A stretch of DNA of 64,000 nt from the NCBI GenBank assembly GCA_003707115.1, contig PPNB01000004.1:372001-436000 (forward strand). Direction: 5' to 3'. Made by a program: the position numbers and the translations under genes. Source of the DNA: Tortispora ganteri. Lineage: Eukaryota. Shown one piece after another: positions 43,615 through 55,226 of the stretch; the stretch's first letter is position 1; every line of letters starts with the position of its first letter. Under the pieces are notes generated by a model that had not been told where the DNA came from, did not search any database, and saw nothing but the letters and a program-made list of their open reading frames with translations.

Positions 43615-44538
43615 CTATGTTGAAGCCTGAGGTTCTGGTGATTTGTTGAGTGCTGCACGCTGCCAGGCCGGGATGCTTGCCTTACGAGAATCAGATGTTC
43701 CGTTCGGAGGAGAAATAGGTTGTGGACTAGAATTAGAGGAAGAAGAAACAGCTGAAACGGGGACAGAATACGTTTCTGCGGGTTTAGTTTCTGTTGGAAT
43801 AGAGGATGTGGAAGTAGTGGCAAGAGCATGCTTGCCTGAACGTGTTGATAAGAGTTGTCTCAACGATTTTAGTTCAGATTGGACTTCCTCAAGTGCCAAT
43901 TTTTGAGCTTCCTTGTTAGAATTTAAAGCAGAAGGCAAGGAGTCTCTAATTTCCTCTACCTCAGACTTGATCTTATTAATTTCAGTGTTATGCTTATCAG
44001 CTTGTAGACGTATGTTCGCAACGACCTCTTCGATTGAAGAGACTAGTGTGTCTATGCGGGCATTACGTTCAGATTCAGCAGCTTTGAGTGATTCTGTTTC
44101 AGACTTAAGTTCCTCAAGAAGTGATCTTGTATTAGTGAACTCAGATTCAATAGCAGCTTTGTCGGCTTCGAGAGCTGGAGGCGTTGGCGGTAGAATCGCA
44201 GGTAAGACGTAACGTTTGGCAAGTATATACAGGCCATAAGCGGCACCGGCAGAAACAGTCGACATCACAAATATATCACGCCAGTCGCGTGAAGGTAGTG
44301 GAGGCGGAGAAGTAGGGGTATAGTTAGCGTATGAGACATTAGAAGGAATAGGAGGGGCGGCAGACTGCGGTGATGAAGGAGTAGTAGATGCGGCCTGCTT
44401 TAAAGCTTCCTCTATCTCTTCCTGAGTAAGTTCTTTGGTTTCTAAGAACTGTATCCTTTTAGCAAGGGGAGCAGAAGCCACCTGAGGATCATGTAAAAAC
44501 TTTACTGCCGATTCAACGTGGTCTTTACGAATAGCCAT
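43615..44538 (-). CDS. PEX14: Peroxisomal docking peroxin 14
   Basis: SAVKFLHDP...KRIQFLETKELTQEEI, DWRDIFVM, coiled coil, IPAWQ. Confidence 0.94.
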   Translation of the reverse strand: MAIRKDHVESAVKFLHDPQVASAPLAKRIQFLETKELTQEEIEEALKQAASTTPSSPQSAAPPIPSNVSYANYTPTSPPPLPSRDWRDIFVMSTVSAGAAYGLYILAKRYVLPAILPPTPPALEADKAAIESEFTNTRSLLEELKSETESLKAAESERNARIDTLVSSIEEVVANIRLQADKHNTEINKIKSEVEEIRDSLPSALNSNKEAQKLALEEVQSELKSLRQLLSTRSGKHALATTSTSSIPTETKPAETYSVPVSAVSSSSNSSPQPISPPNGTSDSRKASIPAWQRAALNKSPEPQAST

Positions 44539-44740
44539 TATCTTAGCAGGATATAATATCTACTGATTATAAAAGGGAGGTCCGTATGGGTAAGGGAATA
44601 ATTGCGGGGGGCGTAGAAAAGCTTAATGGCCAGGTGACCCGAGGTTTACACATGATTAACTACGTAAGACAGGTATGGATGAAGCTGATTTTCCGAAAAA
44701 AAAGATAAATGTAATAGCATAAATTATATGAAGATATGAG

Positions 44741-45319
44741 TTATTTTATAGTCTGTTTCAGTTTCAGTTTGAGACGTTTGGGTGAAGGCTGATCTGAAGG
44801 AGTTGTCATTTGAGTAGAGTGTGATTTAGAGGGAATGTCAGGGTAGTTGGCTAGAGGGTCTTCTTGAGCGATCTCTTCGTCAATTTTATTGTGTTCTGGA
44901 TCAGTTATAAGATTCTTAGGTATATTATCAGTAGTGATACTAGGTATTTGTACCCGGAGGCCATCATTACCATCATTTCTGTCTTGGTACCTAGCGTGAT
45001 CTACTGTGAGTGTTCGACCCAAGATTTGAGCCCCGCATAAATTGTCTACTGCCAGTATAGTAGATCTCTGATCCTCATATTTAAGGAATCCAAAGCCACG
45101 CGATTCATGAGTGTGTTTATCGCGTATTAATTTTACATGTACGGGTGATCCAAACTGTGAAAAGATAGTCAAAATGTCTGATTCTGTGAGATCACGATCC
45201 AGTCCGCCAAATGCCACGTAAGCTGAATCACTGTAATCTGCATGCCATGATGCGCTGGGTTGTATTAAATGTTTCAACTCCTGCTCATTTAGTTTTTGAA
45301 TCGAACGGACTTTGTTCAT
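44741..45319 (-). CDS. IST3: RES complex RRM protein Ist3/Snu17
   Basis: SWHADYSDSAY, RGFGFLKYEDQRSTILAVDN, VDH. Confidence 0.92.
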   Translation of the reverse strand: MNKVRSIQKLNEQELKHLIQPSASWHADYSDSAYVAFGGLDRDLTESDILTIFSQFGSPVHVKLIRDKHTHESRGFGFLKYEDQRSTILAVDNLCGAQILGRTLTVDHARYQDRNDGNDGLRVQIPSITTDNIPKNLITDPEHNKIDEEIAQEDPLANYPDIPSKSHSTQMTTPSDQPSPKRLKLKLKQTIK

Positions 45320-48281
45320 TTACAGAGAGAACAATCTGTGCAAGACTGCACAGCACAGCGTTATCGAAAAATAGGCAAAATGTGTAAGGTTAGGGTATAA
45401 TTGTCGTGCTCAGATGGTCGGTCGCCAAATTGGTTGAACGGCTGTAGAAATATCTATATGGACCAAGTACAGACAAGTTAAAGGTATATAACTATTTAGC
45501 TAATTGTACCTGCAAAGAGAATGAGTTAATATCATAAAGAGCATTATGCTATATAGATGCACACGGATAAATACAGCGATGCCAACATTAAGTTAGGTAA
45601 GCGTCGACATAGGTATCCAAAATCCCACTACAATTGTCGAACGTCGCCAGTAGCGCCCCAGATGCGAATAAGATTTAGATTAGAACTAAAATCAGAATAA
45701 ACATCATTCCTAACGTTCGAGAGAGTGAAAAAATCTAGCAGGTGAGAGCTGTGTTCGATTATCATAGAAGGTTAAATCCAGGCTGGCTGGTTTCTCTTAA
45801 ACAACCACTCTCTGAAGGAGCAGCTGTTGCATGCTGAGCCACAATTGGCGGTAACGAGAAAAATACCCGGTTAGCGCAGGTCCGATTGTAATTATGTCTT
45901 GCGATTAGCCGCGCCAGAAACTAAACTTCTTGTTTAGACATTTAAGTAACAGGAATGTATAAGAGTGGTCAGTGATGGTCGGAAAGTTAAGTGATCAGTT
46001 CAAGATGCGATCATTTGGAGGTTAGATATTATCAGAACAAAAACCGTAAAAGAAAGTTCTTAATTGTGATCCAAGTTTACGTTGCGGCGAGTAGCCTCAA
46101 TGAAGTGCTGTGAGCGATCATGCGAAGAATGGAGAGTTAATAAGGAGAGTTAGGATAAGTATGAGATCACAAAACTCAATTAAGCACGCCTATCGAAACA
46201 AGTTCATAGTGGACGAATAGTAGTGTACAGCAAATATATGAGAGATTCAAATTATAACAGCGATAGACAAATGCTTCCTCGAATGACCTGCTAGTTTTTT
46301 TTTTCGATATCATATTGACGGTACTAAGCTTAGTTAGACGCTAATGGAATAAACATTTTGTGATAAAGTTTAAAGCATATTGTCTTTATCTAGAATGTCC
46401 ATTTGAGCCATGAGGCTATAATGGTATTTTAAATGAGATCGTCAAAGATTTCGTTTTACAAAGGCGATCGATTATGTGTCGATCGAAATCTAGTACCAAA
46501 ACAGTTGCAACCAAATCCACATTCAAGCTTGAAACTGCTAAGACAATTTTACAAGCTCGATTTCCAATGGGACGGACATTAAGGAAACATTTTCCTCATT
46601 TACACAAGTCAAACGCCGAGGAATGGAACTACAAGGGGGAAAGCCTATGTGAAAAAGTTAATAGTGGGCCAGAAGGTACCAATCCGGTTATATATGCCGG
46701 AGTTCCCACTGGCAAGAGTCAAATGTTAAATGAAGCAGAATCAAAACCGAATACCAATTTTATTAACGATATAATAATTGCATTTATATTCTATGGTCTA
46801 TTTGCGCAAGAAAAGCAGATATAGTAGCGTTCAGTAGTATGGGCGGAATGTTCATTCGATCTGTTACAACGACTAAGGCATTCGTTGATTACCAATTGAT
46901 CGGGCATTGCCGGAATGTGGCTAGCATCTAATATGCTTACGAATTAGTCTAATTAGCTAATTAACTGCCACTCACATGAATGAAGAAAAGGAATGTTTGC
47001 ATCGGCAAAATGCCCAAATGGAAGCCATGATTAACTTCTGTATGTGTCGGTACACAAATCATTTGTAAGCATGACAGAAATAGACACATTTCTTCGTTTT
47101 AAGGTTTGGGATCTTATACGTAAATTTCAAAAGCTTTTACTTGAGAAGCAAAGCAACTTAAATCGTTGATAAAGCCCCTTATTCGATCATTGGCGCAAGG
47201 CTATGAATCGCATGCCAGGAACAGAAAATGGCGAACTGTTTTAAACACCCGTGTATTGATCTAATGGCCACATTACAGTATAGGTCTAAAGTATACCTGT
47301 TGTATTCGCCGCTGCAACCGATAGAGATGATCGACTCGAGGTAGAAGGTGCAAGCTACAGGGGGTATAACGGCGTAGTTTGGCACTAACTCAGTAGAAAC
47401 TTTAAGCGTATTTCTAGCTTCTTCAGCTTAAAATGAGCGATCGCAAATACATAGAAGTATACTGGTTTACATTTGAATGTTTGCACCAAAAGAAAGCTTT
47501 AGCATATTTCTGGTAGCTTTAGTGGCAATAGAAGATAGTCATTATTAGCTTGGAAATAAGTAACTAATCACTGTTGTATAAATGTATCATTGCAAACGAG
47601 GAACATGAAAAAATGAGAGAAAGTTATTTCAAGGCAATAAGAGTTTAACCAGTTTCCATCTACTATTAAGGTTTAAGTTTTTCCAAACTACATTTTAATC
47701 CAATAGCGTTCCTGAACTCCAACGTGTACGTTACTCTAGACCTATAATATCCCAAACCCCTTCCGGAAAGGGCCCATTTTCCCCTCTCCATCGAGCTCCT
47801 AATAATAAAAAGGCACACTTATTAGCCTTAATTCTCCTTTTCCCGCTTTCTTCCGTCGCCTTATATCCAAAGAGGAGGAAACCTGACACTTCTTGTGCTT
47901 CAAGTGCATTTAGTACCTTTTCTGTTGCCCCTCTGGCCTGCTCCGTCCATCTCTCATCAATAGGTGACGAACTTGTTTTCTATTCGAAGTAACCCTTTCC
48001 AGATCAGCTATCTTTCCTATCTGATCAGAACACTTCGTTAAGACTTTCATATCGTTTCATTTAGTACATAAGTTTACGACAACTCACTTCTAATCTCGTC
48101 TTCGGCGAATACTCTCTTGCCTTTATGCTATTTGGCATTTCTGTCGTATAATAATTCTTCGGATTCGCGCACTTTACCTGACTCATTTACTTTTGTTTGC
48201 TTCTGCATACGAACTTTCTTCCTCTATTTATTTCCCTACTAGTTTATATTGTTAATAGAAACTCCGATCTCTTTCTTGATA

Positions 48282-49898
48282 ATGTCTACAGATTCACAAC
48301 CAACACCTGGTCGAAAACGCGGTCGGTCTCCTAAGGTATTCCGCTGCTCAGGCTATGGCGACTGCAATATGAGCTTTACACGCTCTGAACACTTGGCTCG
48401 TCATGTTCGAAAGCATACGGGTGAACGTCCCTTCAAGTGTTCTTTTTGTGCGAGAATGTTTTCGCGCATGGACAATCTTCGTCAACATCGTCATGCTGTT
48501 CATGGTGCATCCACTGTGGAATCTGATGAAATAATCGCCCCGGAATCAACTATGACAAACCCTTCTGAGGAGCATTCACAACCACAGCAACAACTGGCAT
48601 CGTCTTCGTCCTCTTTGTCTCCTCTTGTTTCAATTGACAATGCTGCACATTACACTCTTCGGCCAAATTCACCGCATTTATCTTCTTTACCTAATACATC
48701 TGCAGACCAAGGGCCAGTTCATACTCTAGGCTCTCCGTTTCCTAATGGTAGTAGACTAGGGCCACCTACAGTTACTATTCGCAGCGGGTTCCCTAACCAG
48801 CCTGACCAGCTTCCACCTATAAAGACCGCCATTCGTTCCTTATCGATTGCTCAATCTAGAAGATCTCCACTGCCTTCGCCTATATATTCTATACCAGGAC
48901 GCGATGATATACCCTCTGCGTCTTTTCCTAATAGAATGAGCCAGGTGTCGGACTCCGGTGCCAATATGCCTATACAGACACAACCACAACACGCGTTAAA
49001 TAATCAGGCCGACTCACATAGTTTCAGATTAGTTCGGGACCCCCCTTCTTTCCGGCCTCATGCACGCAAGCCTAAGCCTTTAAATATAGCGCCCGGTGAT
49101 AGTAATTATACTGTTAAGACCGGGCTGCCCACATCTACTGCTGCAAGGGCTGGTCCCAACTCTGCAGTCGTGCTCACCGCTCCTCCGTTGGCGTCGTACC
49201 CGTTTAGTCCGCCTCTAAAGTCTTCTTCATCGGTCGGCCCGCATATGGACGGAAATCTTGGTCATAGACAATGTTCTTATTCTGCAACTCCGCAGATGAG
49301 TGCTGCATATGGCGCTGCCTTTTCTACACCTTTAACTTCTCCTGCGTTTGCCCATCAGATGGGCAAAAATAGCCCCGGAATGCCCCCTATCCCTGGTATA
49401 CTGCCGCCACCTACCGCCGACTTACGTTATAGACCATATCCAAGCGTTCCTCCTTTATCAGCAAGTCCTGCAAGTGTTGCATCACTGCATCAACAGCACC
49501 TGATGGCCACTCCGTCAGACAGCACAAAGTCACCAGTGGATAGTTTCCACTCTAGCCCGAATTACGATGCATCTTTGGATAAACACCGAGATGTTGTTTC
49601 ACCCCATCTTAGTATCTCGCCTGAGAATCGCAACATCAATGGCACGAACACATCCGATATACGCCTTCCTTCGATTAAGGCACTCACTTCTCAGGTTTCT
49701 GCCTCCGAGATCGACACTTACAAACAGCAAACTACATTTTACGGTTCATCAGACAGCCAAACCAGCAGCTCGCTTTCGTCCTACGGAACTGACACCCCTG
49801 TTCCAGAATGCAATAATACTAATAATCAGAGCCGCCCGGGTAATTTGGTTCGATCTGAGATACAGGCCCTATCTCACCCTGCTGTATTGACCAGTTAA
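48282..49898 (+). CDS. C2H2 zinc-finger transcription factor, Usv1/Nsf1/Rgm1-like
   Basis: ATG at 48282. [34 protein letters not shown]...C...H...H followed by a Ser/Pro-rich tail. Confidence 0.85.
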   Translation: MSTDSQPTPGRKRGRSPKVFRCSGYGDCNMSFTRSEHLARHVRKHTGERPFKCSFCARMFSRMDNLRQHRHAVHGASTVESDEIIAPESTMTNPSEEHSQPQQQLASSSSSLSPLVSIDNAAHYTLRPNSPHLSSLPNTSADQGPVHTLGSPFPNGSRLGPPTVTIRSGFPNQPDQLPPIKTAIRSLSIAQSRRSPLPSPIYSIPGRDDIPSASFPNRMSQVSDSGANMPIQTQPQHALNNQADSHSFRLVRDPPSFRPHARKPKPLNIAPGDSNYTVKTGLPTSTAARAGPNSAVVLTAPPLASYPFSPPLKSSSSVGPHMDGNLGHRQCSYSATPQMSAAYGAAFSTPLTSPAFAHQMGKNSPGMPPIPGILPPPTADLRYRPYPSVPPLSASPASVASLHQQHLMATPSDSTKSPVDSFHSSPNYDASLDKHRDVVSPHLSISPENRNINGTNTSDIRLPSIKALTSQVSASEIDTYKQQTTFYGSSDSQTSSSLSSYGTDTPVPECNNTNNQSRPGNLVRSEIQALSHPAVLTS

Positions 49899-50181
49899 CG
49901 TATCTTTTACTTGTGCATATATTTTATACATTATTTATTTTTTCTTTTTATATTAGGATGTTAATTGTAGTGCTTTTTAACGTATTTGGTCCATTTAATA
50001 AGGTTTCTAATTTTGACTTCATTATTAGCTATCTAAGGTAACTTCGGTGATCTTCTTCCTTTAGTTAACCAGAGTTCCTTCCCCTTCTTCTTCCACAGCA
50101 TTGTGAACTTGATTGATTTTGCTGCATTTCATTTAGAACTAGTTATTTTGCATGCGATTTTGATTTCTAACTTTGTCACTG

Positions 50182-52755
50182 ATGGGAATCGAATCACATA
50201 TCGCACTGGATTCCCCCGCGGGACAGTCTACGCCCAAACAGCGCATCATTACATGCCTGGCCATGCTACCATATGTCGTCATGAAGCACTCCGACGGTGT
50301 TTTCTCTCTTCGCGAACGTCGAGGACAATCGATTCTTTTTGGGCTTCAACGTTTGTTGGATTTGAATAAAAATTACTCCACAGTGCTCGTTGGCTGGACT
50401 GGCGAGGTAAGACCGGCTAATCGCGATGGTCTTGTGCACAAAGATATCCTTTCCAATACCAAAGAACCTCAAAGCAAGGACGAGGACAAATATTATGCCG
50501 AGAGATTTATATATTTAGACGAGCATGAAGACGTTGAAGTATTGGAAAATGAGGTAGAGTCTTTGCTTACAGCGCTTGACAACTATGCACGTGCTCAAGG
50601 TAAAGCTATTGAACCTGTATGGATAGGCGCCGGTCAGCAAGGAAGGTGGCGTACTTATGCTGAAAGCATTATATGGCCATGCTTGCATTATATAAGTGGA
50701 GAAGCCACAGACGGATTAGAAGAACGTGCTTGGTGGGCAGATTATGTAAGATACAATGAGGCGTACGCGGAGAAGGTCGCAGAAGTTTACCAACAAGGAG
50801 ATATCATTTGGATCCACGATTACCATCTTTTGCTATTACCACAATTACTACGTCAAAAGCTTGGTGACGTTCCAGTAGGGTTCTTCATGCATGCTCCGTT
50901 TCCGTCTTCTGAGTATTTCCGAGCCTTATCTCATAGGAAACAATTGCTAGATGGAATGTTAGGTTCCAATGTTATTGGATTTCACAATGTCGCATATGGT
51001 AGACATTTTGTCTCTTCATGCGCCAGAATCTTAGGGTTCGATGTTGACGAGTTTGGAGTAGATGCATTCGGGTCGCGTGTTGCCATTGTACCCCTTACTA
51101 TCGGTATTGATGTACCTAGAATAGAGTCTCAAATGCGAGCACCTGGTGTTGAAGAGAAAATTTCAGCCATTCGTGCCTTATATCCAGGAAAAAAGATACT
51201 TGTCGGTAGGGATAGACTCGATTCTGTGCATGGATTGGTGCAGAAACTTAGAGGCATTGAAATGTTTCTTACAATGTATCCTGAGTGGTCGGAAAAACTC
51301 GTTTTTATTCAAGTTACTACTCCTGCATACTTTAGCTCTCACAAGATAGAGAAGAAGGTATCAGAACTCATTACACATATTAATGGCGAATTCAGCACTC
51401 TTGGAAATCCTGTTATAGTCCATTATCATCAGCATATAACTAATGAGGAGTACTATTCTTTGCTGCGCGTTGCAGATCTTGGACTTTTCACTACTCTTCG
51501 CGATGGAGTAAATACTACATCGCTAGAGTATGTTGTTTGTCAACAATATACCTGCTCACCAGCCATATTTTCTGAATTTACAGGTACAGTCGCTTCTTTA
51601 CCGGATGCTATTCAGATAAACCCTTGGGACGCCTCGAGGTTTGCCCAAACAATTCACCACTGTCTCACTATGCCCTCCCCCGAAAGGAAGAAACTAGAGT
51701 CACGTTTGCTCTCCGTTATCAAGTCGAATTCCCTTGAACATTGGGTTAATCGTTTTTTGGACATTATAAAGTCGAATATCAAGGAAAAGAACAACCCAAT
51801 CACGCCCGCATTGAACAAGCAACTTGTTTATGAGAAGTACAAGAGTTCTAAAAAGCGGCTATTTTTGTTCGATTATGACGGAACTCTAACACCGATTGTG
51901 AAGGACCCGAGTGCTGCTATCCCTGCTGGAAAAGTGTTACGAAATATACAGGCATTGAGTTTAGTTCCTGAAAACAATGTATGGATTATTTCTGGAAGAG
52001 ATCAAGCATTTTTGGAGACCTATTTAGGTGAAATCAAATCATTAGGGTTATCTGCAGAGCATGGATCATTTTTACGGCCCCCAGAGTCCGATAAATGGAT
52101 TAATCTTGGCGAAAGCATTGATATGTCTTGGCAGGACAAAGTGATATCTGTCTTTCAATATTTTACCGAAAGAACTCCTGGTTCTTTTATTGAAAGAAAA
52201 AGGATAGCACTGACTTGGCATTATCGTCGTGCGGATCCTGATTTTGGTGCATATCAGGCACGTAAATGCAGGGAACGTCTGGAAGAGGAGCTACAGAATG
52301 AGTACGAAAATGGCCATGAAACAGATAAGCCGAAAGTTGAACTCGAAGTCATGCGTGGTAAAGCGAACCTGGAAGTTAGACCTCGCTTTTTGAATAAAGG
52401 AGAGATCTGCAAACGTTTAGTGGAGGAGTATCCGTCTGGAGAACCACCGGAATTTGTGCTTTGCATGGGTGATGATCATACCGACGAAGATATGTTCCGC
52501 CAGTTACAAGCAAATCCCAAATTGGAAAGATGCAGAGATGAATCTGGTGTTTTTACAGCAACTGTGGGCCCTAGCTCTAAACCTACGGCTGCAAAATGGC
52601 ACTTATTGGATCCATACGAAGTTATTGATACATTGAGTGTTTTAAATGGCTTTGTCAAACTGCCCTCAGACCTTTCTAATAAACATAATAGGCCAAGAAG
52701 TGTGACACTCGCATCTCCTATGTTTCCTCATCTTAAACCCACGCCTGACCAATAA
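50182..52755 (+). CDS. TPS2: Trehalose-6-phosphate phosphatase
   Basis: GT20-like domain (WIHDYHL, HAPFPSSE) plus a HAD domain (LFDYDGTLTPI, SGRD, GDDHTDEDMF). Confidence 0.93.
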   Translation: MGIESHIALDSPAGQSTPKQRIITCLAMLPYVVMKHSDGVFSLRERRGQSILFGLQRLLDLNKNYSTVLVGWTGEVRPANRDGLVHKDILSNTKEPQSKDEDKYYAERFIYLDEHEDVEVLENEVESLLTALDNYARAQGKAIEPVWIGAGQQGRWRTYAESIIWPCLHYISGEATDGLEERAWWADYVRYNEAYAEKVAEVYQQGDIIWIHDYHLLLLPQLLRQKLGDVPVGFFMHAPFPSSEYFRALSHRKQLLDGMLGSNVIGFHNVAYGRHFVSSCARILGFDVDEFGVDAFGSRVAIVPLTIGIDVPRIESQMRAPGVEEKISAIRALYPGKKILVGRDRLDSVHGLVQKLRGIEMFLTMYPEWSEKLVFIQVTTPAYFSSHKIEKKVSELITHINGEFSTLGNPVIVHYHQHITNEEYYSLLRVADLGLFTTLRDGVNTTSLEYVVCQQYTCSPAIFSEFTGTVASLPDAIQINPWDASRFAQTIHHCLTMPSPERKKLESRLLSVIKSNSLEHWVNRFLDIIKSNIKEKNNPITPALNKQLVYEKYKSSKKRLFLFDYDGTLTPIVKDPSAAIPAGKVLRNIQALSLVPENNVWIISGRDQAFLETYLGEIKSLGLSAEHGSFLRPPESDKWINLGESIDMSWQDKVISVFQYFTERTPGSFIERKRIALTWHYRRADPDFGAYQARKCRERLEEELQNEYENGHETDKPKVELEVMRGKANLEVRPRFLNKGEICKRLVEEYPSGEPPEFVLCMGDDHTDEDMFRQLQANPKLERCRDESGVFTATVGPSSKPTAAKWHLLDPYEVIDTLSVLNGFVKLPSDLSNKHNRPRSVTLASPMFPHLKPTPDQ

Positions 52756-52790
52756 TAGTTAAAGCAGACATGTATTCTCATAAATTATTA

Positions 52791-55136
52791 CTATTTTTTA
52801 TGCATTTCGTAGAACATCTTAGCCTCTTCTATTACATTTTCAATATATGTAGGCTTTTGTATACTGTCGCGAACCCATTTGGACATTTTTGTCTGTAATT
52901 TCGCCTTTGAGTATCTTTCGTCTAAAAAGAACAAAGCTGCATAGTCGTTGACATGCCTTATAGCTCTGCCCATGGCCTGATTTACGGCTCTAATGCAGGT
53001 TCCTTCAATATATGCAGTTGCCTTTGATTTCGCTTCCGACTCAGATAAGCCGTTAGATATAGCTTTATCTTTTATGTATTGAGACCGCGCAATTGTTTCC
53101 ACTGATTTAATATTAGGGAACGGGACGCCGACCATTATGACCCCACGAGCCAGATTATCTGCAAAGTTAATACCTTCAGACATTTTCCCACCTGTAACGC
53201 AAAAAAGAACAGCACCTTTCGTATTAGCGGCTTCCTGAAACTCAAGCAATGTCTGTTCAACCAAAGCCGAACTCGTGGGTTCATACATCACTTTCTTTTG
53301 GACCTCGATATCTTGAAATACGCCTGATTCGGACCAATAAGACAGCAGTTCCTTAAGATAAATATATGATGGGAAAAAAACCACTGCTCCAAAAGGAATG
53401 ACTGAACATAGTTTAAGTATTGCAACACCTATATCGTTCGCTGTGCTCTTGTTGGATCTGTTAGCAAACGTGACATTTATAGGATTCTCGCCCACCTTAG
53501 TGATAGTATATGCGCGTACATTGTTTTCAGGTATGACATGCCCACAAGAAAATTTATTAATAAGTGATGGATCCATTTTAGGCAATAGGTATGTCACGAA
53601 ATCATCCATTGGCTCCATAGTTCCTCCAGCTAGTATGACACATTTTGCTTGCTCGACTATTGTTTCAAAGACATGGCTAACGTCTAATTGTAAGTAAAGC
53701 AAGCTGGGGTTTGAAGAGTTATTTTCAACAACGAGCTGACCATCTTGAGAAGGAAAATTAAGGGTTATCAAGAAAGAGATGATAGTGGATAGCAATGGTA
53801 CTTCAAAAGACGTCTTCTTATCGCCGGGTATTTTTTCAGATAGTTTGTAATCCATATATGCATTGATTTTGAACGCAAGTTTAGATTTTGAAACAAAATC
53901 TGAAAGTGTATAAATGTTAATCAATTCTGCTGCTGAATCACTAAATATACTCGAAGTATCAAGTATGCATCCTGGTGGGAATTTTGTAGGGGTAGTTTTG
54001 ATTTGAATCAAAAACTTCTGTAAATCTTGCAGGAGCATTTGAATATGAAGTACATGGACACGATTGTGAGGGTTCAGGCGGTTTTGAAATTTGTCTATGT
54101 ATATCTGTAGACAATGAAGTGCTTGGTCTACTCGTGACAAAGAAACAGATTTTGAAAGAATACTTGAAAGTGTTTCCAGCAAATTGTGCGCTTCGTCAAT
54201 TATAATGATGCTATCTCGCAGAGGCAGGGAAATGGATCTTCGTGCAGTGTCATCCAAAAGAAGATTGTAAGGCAAAGAAATGATTTCTGCCATGGGGATA
54301 TCATGTTTTACCGCATAATATGGACAAGTAGAAAGAGATTCACCAATAGAAACAATATCTTCAATGTCATGAATACCTGTGAATAAAGCGTCGTTGAGGT
54401 CTGAAGCTCTCGCCTGAGAGAGTGGATCAGCAGGTTTGGCAACATAAGGGCATAATTTGATGCCTTTGCCCTTACGAGCATCCTGACATCTATCATTGAT
54501 AAATGCTGCTGGTGAACTCATTACTGGTTCATATATGCACATGCGTGACCGCGAAGCCAGTGGTATATATCTGATGGGTAGTGCTGAATCATCTGTGTAA
54601 GGTAAGGGTGATACCAAGCGCAATTGAGAAGCCAGTTGAGAGAGCTGTGAATGTGTGCGAGAAGTGAAGATAATTCTAGGTTCTGTGTTTTCTATTGCAT
54701 TCAATTGCACTCTAGAATATTCACGTAACAGAGAAGATGCTGTTTCGGATAAATTAGTAGTCTCTTCATCGGGTAGGAAGGAATCCAATGAAACGGCCGA
54801 GGGCTTGTACCGTTTTCTAGACGTTTGGCGCGGCTGGTGTTTGATTTCCGGCTTCTGAAGTTGCTGAAAGAATTTCTTCCATTTCTCTTGTCGTGCCTGC
54901 TGAGCAATATTAGTAGCGCTCTGCACCCAATGAGGAGCGTCTGGAGTTTCTTGATCGTCTGGGGTTGGAGGAGGTTGACGTTCCCAGGCCAGAGTGGCAC
55001 AAAGGAGAGACAGTGTTTTTCCAGTACCTGTAGGAGATTCAAAAATCCCTACTTTTTTACCAGAAGCAATAGTATCGTATATAGCATTCATGAGATCCAC
55101 CTGTATAGGATATGGATCATACGGATGACCGAACAT
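52791..55136 (-). CDS. CHL1: Fe-S DEAH DNA helicase Chl1/DDX11
   Basis: HPYDPYPIQ, ESPTGTGKT, SRTHSQL, four Fe-S Cys, DEAHN, GRAIRH. First ATG at 55136. Confidence 0.93.
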   Translation of the reverse strand: MFGHPYDPYPIQVDLMNAIYDTIASGKKVGIFESPTGTGKTLSLLCATLAWERQPPPTPDDQETPDAPHWVQSATNIAQQARQEKWKKFFQQLQKPEIKHQPRQTSRKRYKPSAVSLDSFLPDEETTNLSETASSLLREYSRVQLNAIENTEPRIIFTSRTHSQLSQLASQLRLVSPLPYTDDSALPIRYIPLASRSRMCIYEPVMSSPAAFINDRCQDARKGKGIKLCPYVAKPADPLSQARASDLNDALFTGIHDIEDIVSIGESLSTCPYYAVKHDIPMAEIISLPYNLLLDDTARRSISLPLRDSIIIIDEAHNLLETLSSILSKSVSLSRVDQALHCLQIYIDKFQNRLNPHNRVHVLHIQMLLQDLQKFLIQIKTTPTKFPPGCILDTSSIFSDSAAELINIYTLSDFVSKSKLAFKINAYMDYKLSEKIPGDKKTSFEVPLLSTIISFLITLNFPSQDGQLVVENNSSNPSLLYLQLDVSHVFETIVEQAKCVILAGGTMEPMDDFVTYLLPKMDPSLINKFSCGHVIPENNVRAYTITKVGENPINVTFANRSNKSTANDIGVAILKLCSVIPFGAVVFFPSYIYLKELLSYWSESGVFQDIEVQKKVMYEPTSSALVEQTLLEFQEAANTKGAVLFCVTGGKMSEGINFADNLARGVIMVGVPFPNIKSVETIARSQYIKDKAISNGLSESEAKSKATAYIEGTCIRAVNQAMGRAIRHVNDYAALFFLDERYSKAKLQTKMSKWVRDSIQKPTYIENVIEEAKMFYEMHKK

Positions 55137-55226
55137 TTCTTCATTCTTAGTTGGACGGTGGTCAAAGTTGGACAAGCAGAACGAACTTTATTATGGTGTT
55201 GTAGTTTCTTTTCGTCAATATCAACA

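Noticed and set aside
46474..46824. 116-aa ORF in the large intergenic block
   Set aside because: No recognisable motif or coding-like composition. It cannot be told apart from a chance ORF.
54825..55226. 134-codon N-terminal extension of the CUE3 ORF overlapping CHL1
   Set aside because: It begins at a TTG and is antisense to the conserved CHL1 5' end. The plausible start is the ATG at 55227.
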